A DNA stretch of 60,231 nt, the filler included. It is 7 parts of 7 records of this genome, joined end to end, with 100 filler letters (N's around TTAATTAATTAA, not from the genome) between each part and the next. Parts side by side here need not be neighbours in the genome. Positions count along the whole stretch, not along the records: positions 27,760 to 43,910 come from SRR31156797_6406; 6 more parts are not named here. One strand, written 5' to 3'. Positions 30,985 to 40,817 of this stretch are shown here, in pieces; the stretch's first letter is position 1; every line of letters starts with the position of its first letter. The position numbers were made by a program, and so were the translations under genes. A model generated the notes under the pieces. It made no database searches. It saw only the letters and a list, made by a program, of their open reading frames with translations, and was not told the DNA's origin.

Positions 30985-31096
30985 ATGTTGCGCTACTCAC
31001 GTAATAACATTCAATATCTTAAAGTTATTGGTGAAAAAGCTTTCTTGAAGGGAATTTCTCTGTGTTTTATGCTTATTTTCCGATAAATCAAGAATA

Positions 31097-31993
31097 TCAG
31101 GATTCTATTTGTGAATCCAGCAGATCTATTAGTTTCTTATTTTTTTCAACGGAAGCATCAATACCAAGCATTTCAGCCGGAAATCCCAGGGCAAGTCCCA
31201 TTAGCTGTGTATAGTGCAGTACAGGTATGTCAAATTGGGTTCCGCTTGATTCATTAATCTCTTCCTGGCCACTGTCAAGTTGCATATGACAGAATGGGCA
31301 GGAATTAACAATGCAATCCACTCCGGCTTCTGTGATCCTGACCAGTTTTGCTTCAGTCATTTTAAGGGATTTGTCCTTCATGGAAGAGCGGACTCCTCCA
31401 CCAGCCCCGCAGCACGCGGCTTTGTCAGGGTATTCTATGCTTGTTGCTCCGAGTGCCGTGACAAGCTCGTCAAAGAACGTTGGTCTTTCAAAGCCACCAA
31501 GTCCTCTCTCCTTTGTGGGTTTTATAAGGTGGCATCCGTAATGGACAGCAACCCTGATGTCCAGTTTTCTTTCAACATGGGAGCTAATTTCTTCTGGCCC
31601 AAACTCTTTGTGGAGGTATTCTATAATGTGTCTGACATCAATATTGCCTTTGAATTCCTTTTCCACTTTTTTAAGATGAGCGTTGATGTTATCTCTGTTT
31701 TTTTCATTTTCTTTTAAGCTGCGGTTTGCATCTTCAAGAGTGCTGAAACATCCATTGCAGATTGTCAGCATATCCCTGTCCATCTCCTCTGACAACACAA
31801 TATTGCGGCTTGCCAATGTCAACCATGTTGTCCTGTCAAAGGACCGGAAAACACCGGGTGCAGGACAGCAGGAAGCACCTGGAAGGTCAGTGCAGTCAAT
31901 ATCCAGTTTTGCAAGACAGAGTTTTGTTGCCATTTCGATTTCGGGATATCTGTTGGGTATTAGGCATCCCATGAAGAGTGATAGTCCTTTCAT
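31097..31993 (-). CDS. hdrB: Heterodisulfide reductase subunit B
   Basis: Two CCG domains: SCCPAPG/ICNGC and HYGCH/CCGAGGG/CPFCHMQ. Confidence 0.93.
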   Translation of the reverse strand: MKGLSLFMGCLIPNRYPEIEMATKLCLAKLDIDCTDLPGASCCPAPGVFRSFDRTTWLTLASRNIVLSEEMDRDMLTICNGCFSTLEDANRSLKENEKNRDNINAHLKKVEKEFKGNIDVRHIIEYLHKEFGPEEISSHVERKLDIRVAVHYGCHLIKPTKERGLGGFERPTFFDELVTALGATSIEYPDKAACCGAGGGVRSSMKDKSLKMTEAKLVRITEAGVDCIVNSCPFCHMQLDSGQEEINESSGTQFDIPVLHYTQLMGLALGFPAEMLGIDASVEKNKKLIDLLDSQIES

Positions 31994-32520
31994 ATTTTTT
32001 CCTTCGCACTGTTTTTTTCTTTTTGCTGGAATATGAGTTCCTCAAAACCACAGGATGTGATAAGCGTCTTTACTTCTTCCAGCCCGTCTTTATATTTGTG
32101 CACGGTCTCAGGGAGTTCTTCCAGTCCTATCTCTGTTCTCTTCTTTTTGTTTTCACCATTAATGGGTACGGCATGTCCGTATTCAAGAAGCATCATGCAG
32201 ACTTCCCTGTGTTCAGGAAGAATTCTTCCATGGCTGGCAGCTATGGCCCTGATGTCCAGCAAAAGATCTACTATATTAATATCTCTGGGACATCTTTCCT
32301 GGCAGTTATAGCAGGTTGTACACATCCAGAGTTCTTCACTGTCCAGAATATCGCTGGTTTTGCCGGCTGTTTTTATGATTTTCCGTATATTCAGGCTGGT
32401 GTGCCTTCCAGAGGGGCAGCTACCGCTGCAAATTCCACATTGCATGCATCTAAGAGCATCGGCAGAAACATTTCTGAGCCTGTCATGAATGCTTAAATTA
32501 ACTGCATTTTCATCTTCCAT
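31990..32520 (-). CDS. hdrC: Heterodisulfide reductase subunit C
   Basis: CMQCGICSGSCP and LWMCTTCYNCQERCPR. Confidence 0.93.
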   Translation of the reverse strand: MEDENAVNLSIHDRLRNVSADALRCMQCGICSGSCPSGRHTSLNIRKIIKTAGKTSDILDSEELWMCTTCYNCQERCPRDINIVDLLLDIRAIAASHGRILPEHREVCMMLLEYGHAVPINGENKKKRTEIGLEELPETVHKYKDGLEEVKTLITSCGFEELIFQQKEKNSAKEKI

Positions 32521-32816
32521 GTCGTATTCCCTCTAATAAAATCAGTATTTTTGCAAGAATGATAAACTTTCCGCAGGCAATCATGAAAGGCGCGGCAACC
32601 CTGGACACAACCATCCGTTTTCCTATAGCTTTAAGCTTTCCAGAATATGCTGTTTATGGATTGTATAAATTATATATATTATATGTATCCTTACAAATGT
32701 TCTCTAGAATAATGATTTTCTTGAATTTTATATCATTTTAGAGGCAAGTTTAAATAAATATATGGTTTGTTTTTCTTTGAGAAGTGGGTTGCGAATCTCT
32801 TGCTATAATCGATAAG

Positions 32817-32848
32817 TATAAATACTACCTAATAGGTAATGGGATACC
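32817..32848 (+). promoter_or_regulatory. glnA1 TATA box and palindromic operator GGTA-N6-TACC (NrpR-like)
   Basis: TATAAATA 32817-32824; GGTAATGGGATACC 32835-32848 has the geometry of the NrpR box GGAA-N6-TTCC. Confidence 0.55.
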
Positions 32849-32879
32849 ACACCCCCTACTGAATAGAGGAGTAGTCAAT

Positions 32880-34220
32880 ATGACAGACGTAAATCCAGTA
32901 ACAAAGGAAGAAGTATTAAAGGCTGTAGCCGAGAACGATGTTAAATTCATAAGAATCCAGTTCACTGATACCATGGGTATGATCAAGAGCTGGGCAATCC
33001 CAGGAGAGGATCTCGAGGGAGCATTCGAAAATGGTGTGATGTTCGATGGATCATCCATCGAGGGATTCACAAGGATCGAAGAGTCCGATATGGTCCTTAT
33101 GCCAGATCCAACTACTTTCAGGATACTCCCATGGAGACCACAGGAAGGTGCAGTTGCTCGTATCATCGGCGATGTATACAGACCTAACGGTCAGCCATTT
33201 GAGGGTGACCCAAGGTATGTTCTCAAGAAGTCTATCGCAAAGGCAGAAGAAATGGGATACACAATGAACATCGGCCCTGAGCTTGAGTTCTTCCTCTTCG
33301 AACTTGATGATAAAGGTCATCCAACTACAAACCTCACCGACCACGGTGGATACTTCGACTTTGCACCTCTTGACAAGGCACAGGACGTCAGAAGGGCTAT
33401 CGACTTCGCTCTCGAAGAAATGGGCTTCAAGATCGAAGCATCCCACCACGAGGTAGCTCCATCACAGCACGAGATCAACTTCAGATTCGGTGATGTACTC
33501 ACCACATGTGACAACATCGTGACATTCAAGTATGTCGTAAAGTCCATTGCAGCACACATGGGCTACTATGCAACATTCATGCCAAAACCACTCTTTGGTG
33601 AGAATGGTTCAGGTATGCACTCTAACCAGTCACTCATGATGAACGGAGATAATGCATTCTTTGATGAAAACACACCAGATCAGCTCTCGGCAACTGCAAA
33701 GCAGTACATTGCAGGTCTCCTTTCACACGTTCGTGAATTCGCAGCAATCACAAACTCAACAGTCAACTCATACAAGAGACTTGTACCAGGATACGAGGCA
33801 CCTATTTACTGCACATGGTCTGCATCAAACCGCAGTTCCCTTATCAGAATCCCTGCATCAAGAGGAAAGGGTACAAGGGTAGAGCTCAGATGTCCTGACC
33901 CTGCATGCAACCCATATCTTGCATTCGCTGCAATGCTCAGTGCAGGTCTTGACGGTATTGAGAAAGGAATGGAAGCACCAGCATCAACCGATGTCAACAT
34001 CTTCAAGCTTACTGAGGAAGACAGAAAGACAAGAGGTATCGACTCCCTTCCTGGAAACCTTAAGGAAGCAATTGACCTCATGGCTGCCAGTGAATTCGTC
34101 AAGGACGTAGTTGGAGAACATGTATTCGAGAACTACATCGAAGCTAAGAACGCTCAGTGGGACGACTACAAGGCACAGGTTCACCAGTGGGAAATCGACA
34201 AGTACCTTAGCGTACTCTAA
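32880..34220 (+). CDS. glnA: Glutamine synthetase type I (GlnA1)
   Basis: FDGSSIEGF, SHHEVAPSQHE, ATFMPKP, NGSGMH, YKRLVPGYEAP; RBS AGAGGAG. Confidence 0.97.
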   Translation: MTDVNPVTKEEVLKAVAENDVKFIRIQFTDTMGMIKSWAIPGEDLEGAFENGVMFDGSSIEGFTRIEESDMVLMPDPTTFRILPWRPQEGAVARIIGDVYRPNGQPFEGDPRYVLKKSIAKAEEMGYTMNIGPELEFFLFELDDKGHPTTNLTDHGGYFDFAPLDKAQDVRRAIDFALEEMGFKIEASHHEVAPSQHEINFRFGDVLTTCDNIVTFKYVVKSIAAHMGYYATFMPKPLFGENGSGMHSNQSLMMNGDNAFFDENTPDQLSATAKQYIAGLLSHVREFAAITNSTVNSYKRLVPGYEAPIYCTWSASNRSSLIRIPASRGKGTRVELRCPDPACNPYLAFAAMLSAGLDGIEKGMEAPASTDVNIFKLTEEDRKTRGIDSLPGNLKEAIDLMAASEFVKDVVGEHVFENYIEAKNAQWDDYKAQVHQWEIDKYLSVL

Positions 34221-34250
34221 GTAAGGGATTTTCCCTTACTTTCACTTTGC
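34219..34250 (+). terminator. Hairpin plus T-rich tract after glnA1
   Basis: AAGTAAGGG-ATTTT-CCCTTACTT. Confidence 0.5.
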
Positions 34251-34423
34251 ATTTCAATAACTTTCAACTTATTTCAACAGGCGGAAATTTTGGGCCGCTA
34301 AAACGTGAATAGAAGTTGTTCACGAATATCCGGGCTTTTCCTGCATGGATTTTTGCATGGTTAAATTCATATCAGGTAAATACTATCTCATAGCCCCAAG
34401 ACTAAATACTTATAGTGATCAAC

Positions 34424-35476
34424 ATGTGCGGAATTATAGGCGTAATCGATCGGACAATGTCCAGAATGGACGGCTCCAGTATAAAGGAAGCCCTGAGTCT
34501 GATGGATGAAAGAGGAAGTGGAGAAGGCGCAGGATACGTAGCCTATGGCATCTATCCTGATTATGCAGACTGCTATGCTATCCACGTATTTTTTGATAAT
34601 CTGTTAGAACCAAAGACCAGGGTAGATGAAATACTGAAACAGTGGGGAAGGATAGTTCATCAGGAAGAGATCCCTACATACGAACAACCCGGTCTTAAGA
34701 AGGAGCACATCTCCTGGAGATATTTCTTCAAACCATATACTGACCTTATGGTAGGTACCACAGACCCTGACGATGATAATGTCAAGCGTCTTGTGATGAA
34801 TGTCAATGCGAATGTTGAAGGTGCACTTATTTTTTCATCCGGCAAGAATCTTGGTGTATTCAAGGCATCAGGCTGGCCTGAGGATGTAGCCAATTACTTC
34901 AGAATCGAGGATTACAAGGGTTACATATGGCTTGCACACAACCGTTATCCAACCAACACATCAGGATGGTGGGGCGGAGCTCATCCGTTCAATCTGCTTG
35001 ACTGGTCAGTTGTGCACAACGGTGAGATCACCTCATACGGGACCAACCGTCGCTATGTGGAAGGTCACGGTTACCAGTGTACAATGTTAACTGATACTGA
35101 AGTTGTAGCATATCTCTTTGATCTTCTCGGCAGAAGACACGGTCTTCCATCTGAGATGGTTGTCGAAGCACTGGCACCACCTTTCTGGGATGAGATCGAT
35201 GAGATGCCTGAAAAGGAAGAAGAGTTCATGCGTACAATGCGTCTGACATACGGTCCGGCTCTGATGAACGGTCCTTTTGGCATCGTTGTTGCAACAAAAG
35301 ATGGAATAGTAGGTTTTACTGACAGGATAAAACTGCGTCCTCTCATCGTAGGAGAGAACGGACCGCGTCTTTACATCTCAAGTGAAGAGGCAGCTATCCG
35401 TACAATGGACCCTGAAGTAGAGACGATATACATGCCAAGGGCAGGCGAGCCTGTCATCGGGAGGGTTATAGAATGA
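34424..35476 (+). CDS. Glutamate synthase amidotransferase subunit (GltB1)
   Basis: Ntn start MCGIIG; AHNRYPTNT, VHNGEI, TDTEV. Confidence 0.9.
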   Translation: MCGIIGVIDRTMSRMDGSSIKEALSLMDERGSGEGAGYVAYGIYPDYADCYAIHVFFDNLLEPKTRVDEILKQWGRIVHQEEIPTYEQPGLKKEHISWRYFFKPYTDLMVGTTDPDDDNVKRLVMNVNANVEGALIFSSGKNLGVFKASGWPEDVANYFRIEDYKGYIWLAHNRYPTNTSGWWGGAHPFNLLDWSVVHNGEITSYGTNRRYVEGHGYQCTMLTDTEVVAYLFDLLGRRHGLPSEMVVEALAPPFWDEIDEMPEKEEEFMRTMRLTYGPALMNGPFGIVVATKDGIVGFTDRIKLRPLIVGENGPRLYISSEEAAIRTMDPEVETIYMPRAGEPVIGRVIE

Positions 35477-36981
35477 GCCTCGGAAGTGTTCCACTCAAGT
35501 ACAAGATCAGCATCGACCGTGACCAGTGTATGAAGTGCATGCGCTGTGTCGACAACTGTTCCTATGGTGTTTATCGCATAGAAGATGACAAGATCCTCAT
35601 AGACTCACGCAAATGTACTGCATGCCACCGTTGTATCTCCATGTGTCCAAGGGATGCCATAATGCTACAGGAAAGACCGGTTGACTATCGCAGCCACCCA
35701 CTCTGGACAGTAGAGGCACGTGAAGATGTCATCAACCAGGCACGTTCAGGAAAGATTATCCTGGCGGGAATGGGCAATGCAGTTGATTATCCTATTATAT
35801 TTGACAGGCTCTTACTTGACGCATGTCAGGTTACTAATCCAAGTATTGATCCTCTCAGGGAACCAATGGAGCTGAGGACATACATTGGAAAGAAGCCTTC
35901 AAAGCTCGAATTTACAAAGAACAATGGGGATATTGATCTCCAGACAAAGCTGACTCCAAACCTTAAGCTTGATACCCCGATCATGGTGGGTCACATGAGC
36001 TATGGTGCTATCAGCCTTCCTGCCCAGCTCAGTATTGCAAAGGCAGTAAAAGAGACCGGAACCTTCATGGGAACCGGTGAAGGAGGAATGCACGAGGCGA
36101 TCTATCCATATCAGGACCATTCTATAGTCCAGATCGCATCAGGACGTTTCGGTGTCGATATCGACTATCTGGAACGTGGTGCAGCTATTGAGATTAAAGT
36201 AGGACAGGGAGCAAAGCCAGGTATCGGCGGTCACCTTCCAGGAGAGAAGGTATGTGCGGATGTATCCTGCACCCGTATGATTCCATTGGGTTCAGATGCC
36301 ATCAGTCCGGCTCCTCATCATGATATTTACAGTATTGAAGATCTTGCTCAGCTTGTACGCAGTCTTAAGGAAGCCACAGATTGGGAAAAGCCGGTCTTCG
36401 TGAAGATAGCTGCAGTACACAACGTTGCTGCAATTGCCGCCGGTATCGCAAGATCAGATGCAGATGCAGTTGTGATCGATGGTTTCAAGGGTGGCACAGG
36501 CGCGGCACCAAAGGTGTTCAGGGACAATGTAGGTATCCCGATCGAAGCAGCTGTTGCTGCAGTCGACCAGAAGCTCAATGACCAGGGTATCAGGAACGAA
36601 GTATCCATCATAGCCAGTGGTGGCATACGCAACAGTGGCGACCTTGCAAAGTCCATAGCACTTGGTGCAGATGCGATCTATATCGGAACTGCAGCATTGA
36701 TAGCACTCGGATGTCGTGTTTGTGGTAACTGCTATCGTGGACTATGTCCATGGGGTATCGCGACCCAAAAACCTGAACTTGTAAGCCGTATCGATTCGGA
36801 TGTCGGTGCTGAGAACATTGCAAACCTTATCCATGGCTGGACACTTGAATTGAGCGAGCTCATGGGTGCAGCGGGTCTTAACAGTATTGAGAGTCTTCGC
36901 GGCAATCGTGAACGTCTGAGAGGGTACATGCTTGACCAGGGATTGCTTGATGTACTTCAAATCGAATCCATGGGGGCCTGA
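35473..36981 (+). CDS. Glutamate synthase FMN subunit with 2x[4Fe-4S] (GltB2)
   Basis: Two ferredoxin motifs; MSYGAIS, EIKVGQGAKPGIGGHLPGEKV, CRVCGNC..CPWGIATQ. Confidence 0.92.
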   Translation: MSLGSVPLKYKISIDRDQCMKCMRCVDNCSYGVYRIEDDKILIDSRKCTACHRCISMCPRDAIMLQERPVDYRSHPLWTVEAREDVINQARSGKIILAGMGNAVDYPIIFDRLLLDACQVTNPSIDPLREPMELRTYIGKKPSKLEFTKNNGDIDLQTKLTPNLKLDTPIMVGHMSYGAISLPAQLSIAKAVKETGTFMGTGEGGMHEAIYPYQDHSIVQIASGRFGVDIDYLERGAAIEIKVGQGAKPGIGGHLPGEKVCADVSCTRMIPLGSDAISPAPHHDIYSIEDLAQLVRSLKEATDWEKPVFVKIAAVHNVAAIAAGIARSDADAVVIDGFKGGTGAAPKVFRDNVGIPIEAAVAAVDQKLNDQGIRNEVSIIASGGIRNSGDLAKSIALGADAIYIGTAALIALGCRVCGNCYRGLCPWGIATQKPELVSRIDSDVGAENIANLIHGWTLELSELMGAAGLNSIESLRGNRERLRGYMLDQGLLDVLQIESMGA

Positions 36982-36983
36982 AG

Positions 36984-37727
36984 ATGCCGGAACCTTTGGT
37001 TATAGATGTAAAAGGAATGCACTATACTCCGCTTAACAGGCAGATACGTGAAGCAGTGGCTTCTGGTGTAAAAGAAATAGTGCTCAATAATGTCCTTGGA
37101 CAGCGTTTTATTGGAAATGGAGTAAGGGGCGATGCAAAGATCACCATCAATGGTGTTCCGGGCGGAGACCTCGGAATGTTCATGAGTGGTCCGGAATGTG
37201 AGATTTTCGGTAATGCAGAGCATGCTCCCGGTAACACGATGGACAGGGGATCATTGATCATCCACGGAAGCGCCGGAGATGCAGTCGCGCACAGTATGCG
37301 TGGCGGAAAGGTCTTCGTAGAAGGCAATATCGGCTACCGTGGTGGAATTCACATGAAGGAGTATGAGGGCAAGCGTCCTATACTTGCAGTAGGTGGAACA
37401 ACTCATGCATTTCTTGGAGAATACATGGCTGGCGGACTTATCCTTGTTTTTGGTATAGGTCATGACCCGGTAATGGAGGATCGTGGTATCGGTAGTGGTA
37501 TACACGGCGGAGAGATCGTTATCAGGGGTGATGTGAGTGATAAGCTGCTTGGTGTCGGAGCCAAGAAGGTCGATTTCACTGAAGATGATCTGAAAAGGCT
37601 TACTCCTGTGATTGAAGAGTTCTGTGGAAGGTTCGACATAGACCCGTCCCCTTTCCTGGATACGAACTATTCAAGAATAGTCCCTGCAAGCGCCAGACCA
37701 TTTGCAGGTAAGTACACATGGGAGTGA
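36984..37727 (+). CDS. Glutamate synthase GXGXG beta-helix subunit (GltB3)
   Basis: GQRFIG, GNTMDRG, GEYMAGG repeats. Confidence 0.9.
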   Translation: MPEPLVIDVKGMHYTPLNRQIREAVASGVKEIVLNNVLGQRFIGNGVRGDAKITINGVPGGDLGMFMSGPECEIFGNAEHAPGNTMDRGSLIIHGSAGDAVAHSMRGGKVFVEGNIGYRGGIHMKEYEGKRPILAVGGTTHAFLGEYMAGGLILVFGIGHDPVMEDRGIGSGIHGGEIVIRGDVSDKLLGVGAKKVDFTEDDLKRLTPVIEEFCGRFDIDPSPFLDTNYSRIVPASARPFAGKYTWE

Positions 37728-37732
37728 TCATT

Positions 37733-38758
37733 ATGGCAGGTAAGAATTATCTTGATCTTAAGGCAGAAATCTGGGACACAGACAAATGTGCAGCATGTGG
37801 TGCATGTGTAGCTGTATGCCCGGCAGACGCTATTTACTTTGAAGAAGGTGAGAACTCCACACATCCTCTTAACAGTGGTTACTGTAAGGAAGTGAACGAT
37901 GGGGTTCCATGTGGTGCATGCTATGAGGTATGCCCCAGAAATGAAAAGCCATCATCTGAGGTTCTTGGAGAGTACATCAGCATCGCATCTGCAAAGGCAG
38001 AAGTGGCTGTTCCAAGAAAACAGAGCGGTGGAGCTGTGACAGCAATACTGACCAATGCCCTTGATGAGGGTATGATCGATGCAGTGGTAACTGTTGTGGA
38101 AGATCCCTGGACACTCAAGCCTTCATCCGCAGTGATAACTTCCTCAGATGTACTTGTTCACCAGGCAGGAAGTCGCTATAACTGGTGGGTTCCACTTGTT
38201 GCATCACTAAAAGAAGCTGTCATGACACGCAAGTACACCAACATAGCAGTTGTAGGTGTTCCATGTGTCACACAGGCTATGAAACAGATGCGAGAAAGTG
38301 ACCTTGATCTGTTGCGTCCGTTCAGGAAGAACATTCGCCTGGTCGTAGGACTTTTCTGTACCGAGACATTCGACTATGAGAAACTCGTGCAGGATAAGCT
38401 CATTGCAGAGCGCCAGATAGATCCTCTTGACATCATACACTTTGATGTGAAGGGCAAGCTTGAGATCACACTCAAGGACGGCAGCATGACTATCATATCC
38501 CTGAAGGATGTCGATGATTGTGTACGTCCGGGATGTCATATATGTACCGATCTCACAGCTCTGGATTCAGACATATCAGCAGGTTCCATTGGTAGTGAAA
38601 AGGGTTACACGACTCTTATAGTACGCAATCCTGTTGGCAAAGAGTTCGTCAACAGTGCAGTAAACAATGGAAAACTTTCACTTAAAGAAGATGATATTAA
38701 TCTGGAATTGGTGGAAAAGCTCTCCAACAAGAAGCTTGCACGAATGCCAGAGGAGTAA
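37733..38758 (+). CDS. FrhB/FdhB-family F420-binding subunit with ferredoxin domain
   Basis: CAACGACVAVCP, QSGGAVT, VGVPC, GLFCTETF, DISAGSIGS. Confidence 0.88.
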   Translation: MAGKNYLDLKAEIWDTDKCAACGACVAVCPADAIYFEEGENSTHPLNSGYCKEVNDGVPCGACYEVCPRNEKPSSEVLGEYISIASAKAEVAVPRKQSGGAVTAILTNALDEGMIDAVVTVVEDPWTLKPSSAVITSSDVLVHQAGSRYNWWVPLVASLKEAVMTRKYTNIAVVGVPCVTQAMKQMRESDLDLLRPFRKNIRLVVGLFCTETFDYEKLVQDKLIAERQIDPLDIIHFDVKGKLEITLKDGSMTIISLKDVDDCVRPGCHICTDLTALDSDISAGSIGSEKGYTTLIVRNPVGKEFVNSAVNNGKLSLKEDDINLELVEKLSNKKLARMPEE

Positions 38759-38784
38759 CAAAAAACAGAAAATATCACGTTTAT

Positions 38785-38853
38785 GGACACGGTACCTACC
38801 ACTTCCTCTATTCTTCCTAACCATGCGATAGGTACTCGTGTCCTGTCTTTTTT
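38785..38853 (+). ncRNA. Candidate 3'-end hairpin sRNA with a CU-rich loop antisense to nitrogen-gene leaders
   Basis: 14-bp stem (one bulge), 30-nt loop CCACTTCCTCTATTCTTCCTAACCATGCGA, T6 tract; loop complementary to four leaders in this contig. Confidence 0.55.
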
Positions 38854-38975
38854 CACTCAAAGCGGGTAAAATCATGAGGATATGGCATATCCTGCAAAGT
38901 TTTCCGCAATGAATGTGAAGTTAAGAAAAAGACTCTTTTACCGATAATCTAATCTTATATTATTGTTTTGCATAA

Positions 38976-39485
38976 CTATATGTTGATGTTCTTTTTGTAG
39001 TATATCGTATCAACACCATTTCCTCTGTCATCAAGGACGACCACATATGCTTTATATCCTCTATCTTCATAGAATTTCATTGCAGCAGGGTTGCTCGACC
39101 AGGTACAAAGGTATATTTTCCTTATATTCTGCTCTGCCATTATTTCCTCATATCTGGTCGTCAGTCCTTTGCTAACTCCATGGTTTCTGTGCCTGGGATG
39201 TGTGGCAAGGAAATTCACATAAGCACTGTCCTTACCTTTCCAGTCCCTGGTGCATCCGATCATCCCTATAATACCACCAAGGGAGTCAGATAGGTCTGGT
39301 TTGTTTAACCTAGCAATAAGGTAATTAGCCTCAGGTGTGTCAAGACATTTCTGTACTCTTTCAGGAATACCTCCTCCCCTTTCACTCAGGGGGGGATAAA
39401 AATCAGTATCTACAAGTTCAATGAATCTCTTCACATGTAGATAGTCTGTTCTTTTAGCTTCTTTTATAGTAAACTCTGTACTCAT
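38976..39485 (-). CDS. GNAT N-acetyltransferase, downstream of glnA2
   Basis: FLATHPRHRNHGVS, TWSSNPAAMKFYEDRGY; 3 nt after glnA2 stop. Confidence 0.85.
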   Translation of the reverse strand: MSTEFTIKEAKRTDYLHVKRFIELVDTDFYPPLSERGGGIPERVQKCLDTPEANYLIARLNKPDLSDSLGGIIGMIGCTRDWKGKDSAYVNFLATHPRHRNHGVSKGLTTRYEEIMAEQNIRKIYLCTWSSNPAAMKFYEDRGYKAYVVVLDDRGNGVDTIYYKKNINI

Positions 39486-39488
39486 GTC

Positions 39489-40817
39489 TCAGATGGTATT
39501 CAGGTAGCGCTGTATTTCCCAGTCATGTACCTGGGTCCTGTATGCGTCCCACTCTGCCCTTGCAAGTCTCAGTATATTATCGTGGACATGTTCTCCAAGT
39601 GTATCTTTGAGAAGTTCATCATTCTCCAGATGGTCTGCACTCTCGCTGATAGTAGCTGGTAGTGTATCGATTCCGCGTTCGATACGCTCCTTTTTGCTAA
39701 GGTCAAATACATTGTAGTCCATTATCTTTCCCGGATCAAGCCCGTTCTTTATTCCGTCAAGCCCGGCAGCAAGGATCGCTGCGAAGGTAATGTATGGATT
39801 GCATGATGGGTCGGGGCTTCTCAGTTCTACCCTCGTACTTTTCCCTCTTGCGGAAGGTATGCGTATCAGGGAGCTTCGGTTTGCGCCCGACCATGTGATA
39901 TAGACCGGAGCCTCATATCCTGGTATGAGTCTTTTATAGGAGTTCACCAGTGGATTTGAAATGCATGAAATAGCTTTGATGTGTTTTAATACACCGGCTA
40001 TGAAATGTTTTGCGTTCTCGCTTATCTCCATCTCTGTGTCAGGGTCATAGAATGCATTCTCCTCCTCCCTGGAAAGTGACAGGTTAATGTGCATGCCGGA
40101 ACCGTTCTCAACAGCAATGGGTTTTGGCATGAAGGTTGCATGCAGGCCGTGAAGCTTTGCAATGGTCCGTGTGACATATTTGAATGTCATGACATTATCT
40201 GCTGTTGCCAGTGCATCCCCGTATTTAAAATCGATCTCATGCTGTCCGAAGGCAACTTCATGGTGAGATGCTTCTATATCGAAGTTGAGTTCTGTGAGGG
40301 TCAGGACAATATCTCTTCTGATATCTTCTGCAAGGTCAGTGGGGGCGAACTCAAAGTATCTTCCATAGTCATGTGGTGTTGTCGTAGCTTTACCATCTAC
40401 CTTTTCGAAAAGGAAGAATTCCAGTTCAGGGCCAACATTAAGTGAGTATCCCATCTCTTCGGCTTCTTTCATGACCTTTTTAAGGACATAGCGGGGGTCC
40501 GCCTCGAACTGTCTTCCATCTGGCATGTGTATGTCACATATCAACCTTGCAACACCACCTTTATCCTTGCTCCATGGGAGTATCGCAAATGTTTTGATGT
40601 CCGGTTTTAAGACCATATCCGATTCATCGATCCTGACAAATCCTTCAATGGATGAACCATCAAAGGATATTCCTGTTGTAAGGGCCTTTTCTATCTGTGT
40701 GGCCGGAATCTCGACATCCTTGACCACTCCCTGTATGTCCGTGAACTGTAAACGTATGAATTTTACGTTATTCGTTTCAATGGCTTTGATAACATCTTCC
40801 TTATTGCATACAATCAT
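39489..40817 (-). CDS. glnA: Second glutamine synthetase type I (GlnA2)
   Basis: FDGSSIEGF, SHHEVAFGQHE, ATFMPKP, YKRLIPGYEAP; ATG at 40817 after AGGCGA. Confidence 0.93.
   Translation of the reverse strand: MIVCNKEDVIKAIETNNVKFIRLQFTDIQGVVKDVEIPATQIEKALTTGISFDGSSIEGFVRIDESDMVLKPDIKTFAILPWSKDKGGVARLICDIHMPDGRQFEADPRYVLKKVMKEAEEMGYSLNVGPELEFFLFEKVDGKATTTPHDYGRYFEFAPTDLAEDIRRDIVLTLTELNFDIEASHHEVAFGQHEIDFKYGDALATADNVMTFKYVTRTIAKLHGLHATFMPKPIAVENGSGMHINLSLSREEENAFYDPDTEMEISENAKHFIAGVLKHIKAISCISNPLVNSYKRLIPGYEAPVYITWSGANRSSLIRIPSARGKSTRVELRSPDPSCNPYITFAAILAAGLDGIKNGLDPGKIMDYNVFDLSKKERIERGIDTLPATISESADHLENDELLKDTLGEHVHDNILRLARAEWDAYRTQVHDWEIQRYLNTI

Noticed and set aside
32784-32879. Longer ORF-track starts for glnA1 (32784), glnA2 (40862) and the glnA fragment (43373)
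   Set aside because: RBS position, and for glnA1 the TATA box, support the downstream ATGs; the extensions are promoter or leader sequence
38955-38978. Pyrrolysine readthrough of the GNAT TAG stop
   Set aside because: Domain is complete and readthrough adds only six further residues before TAA
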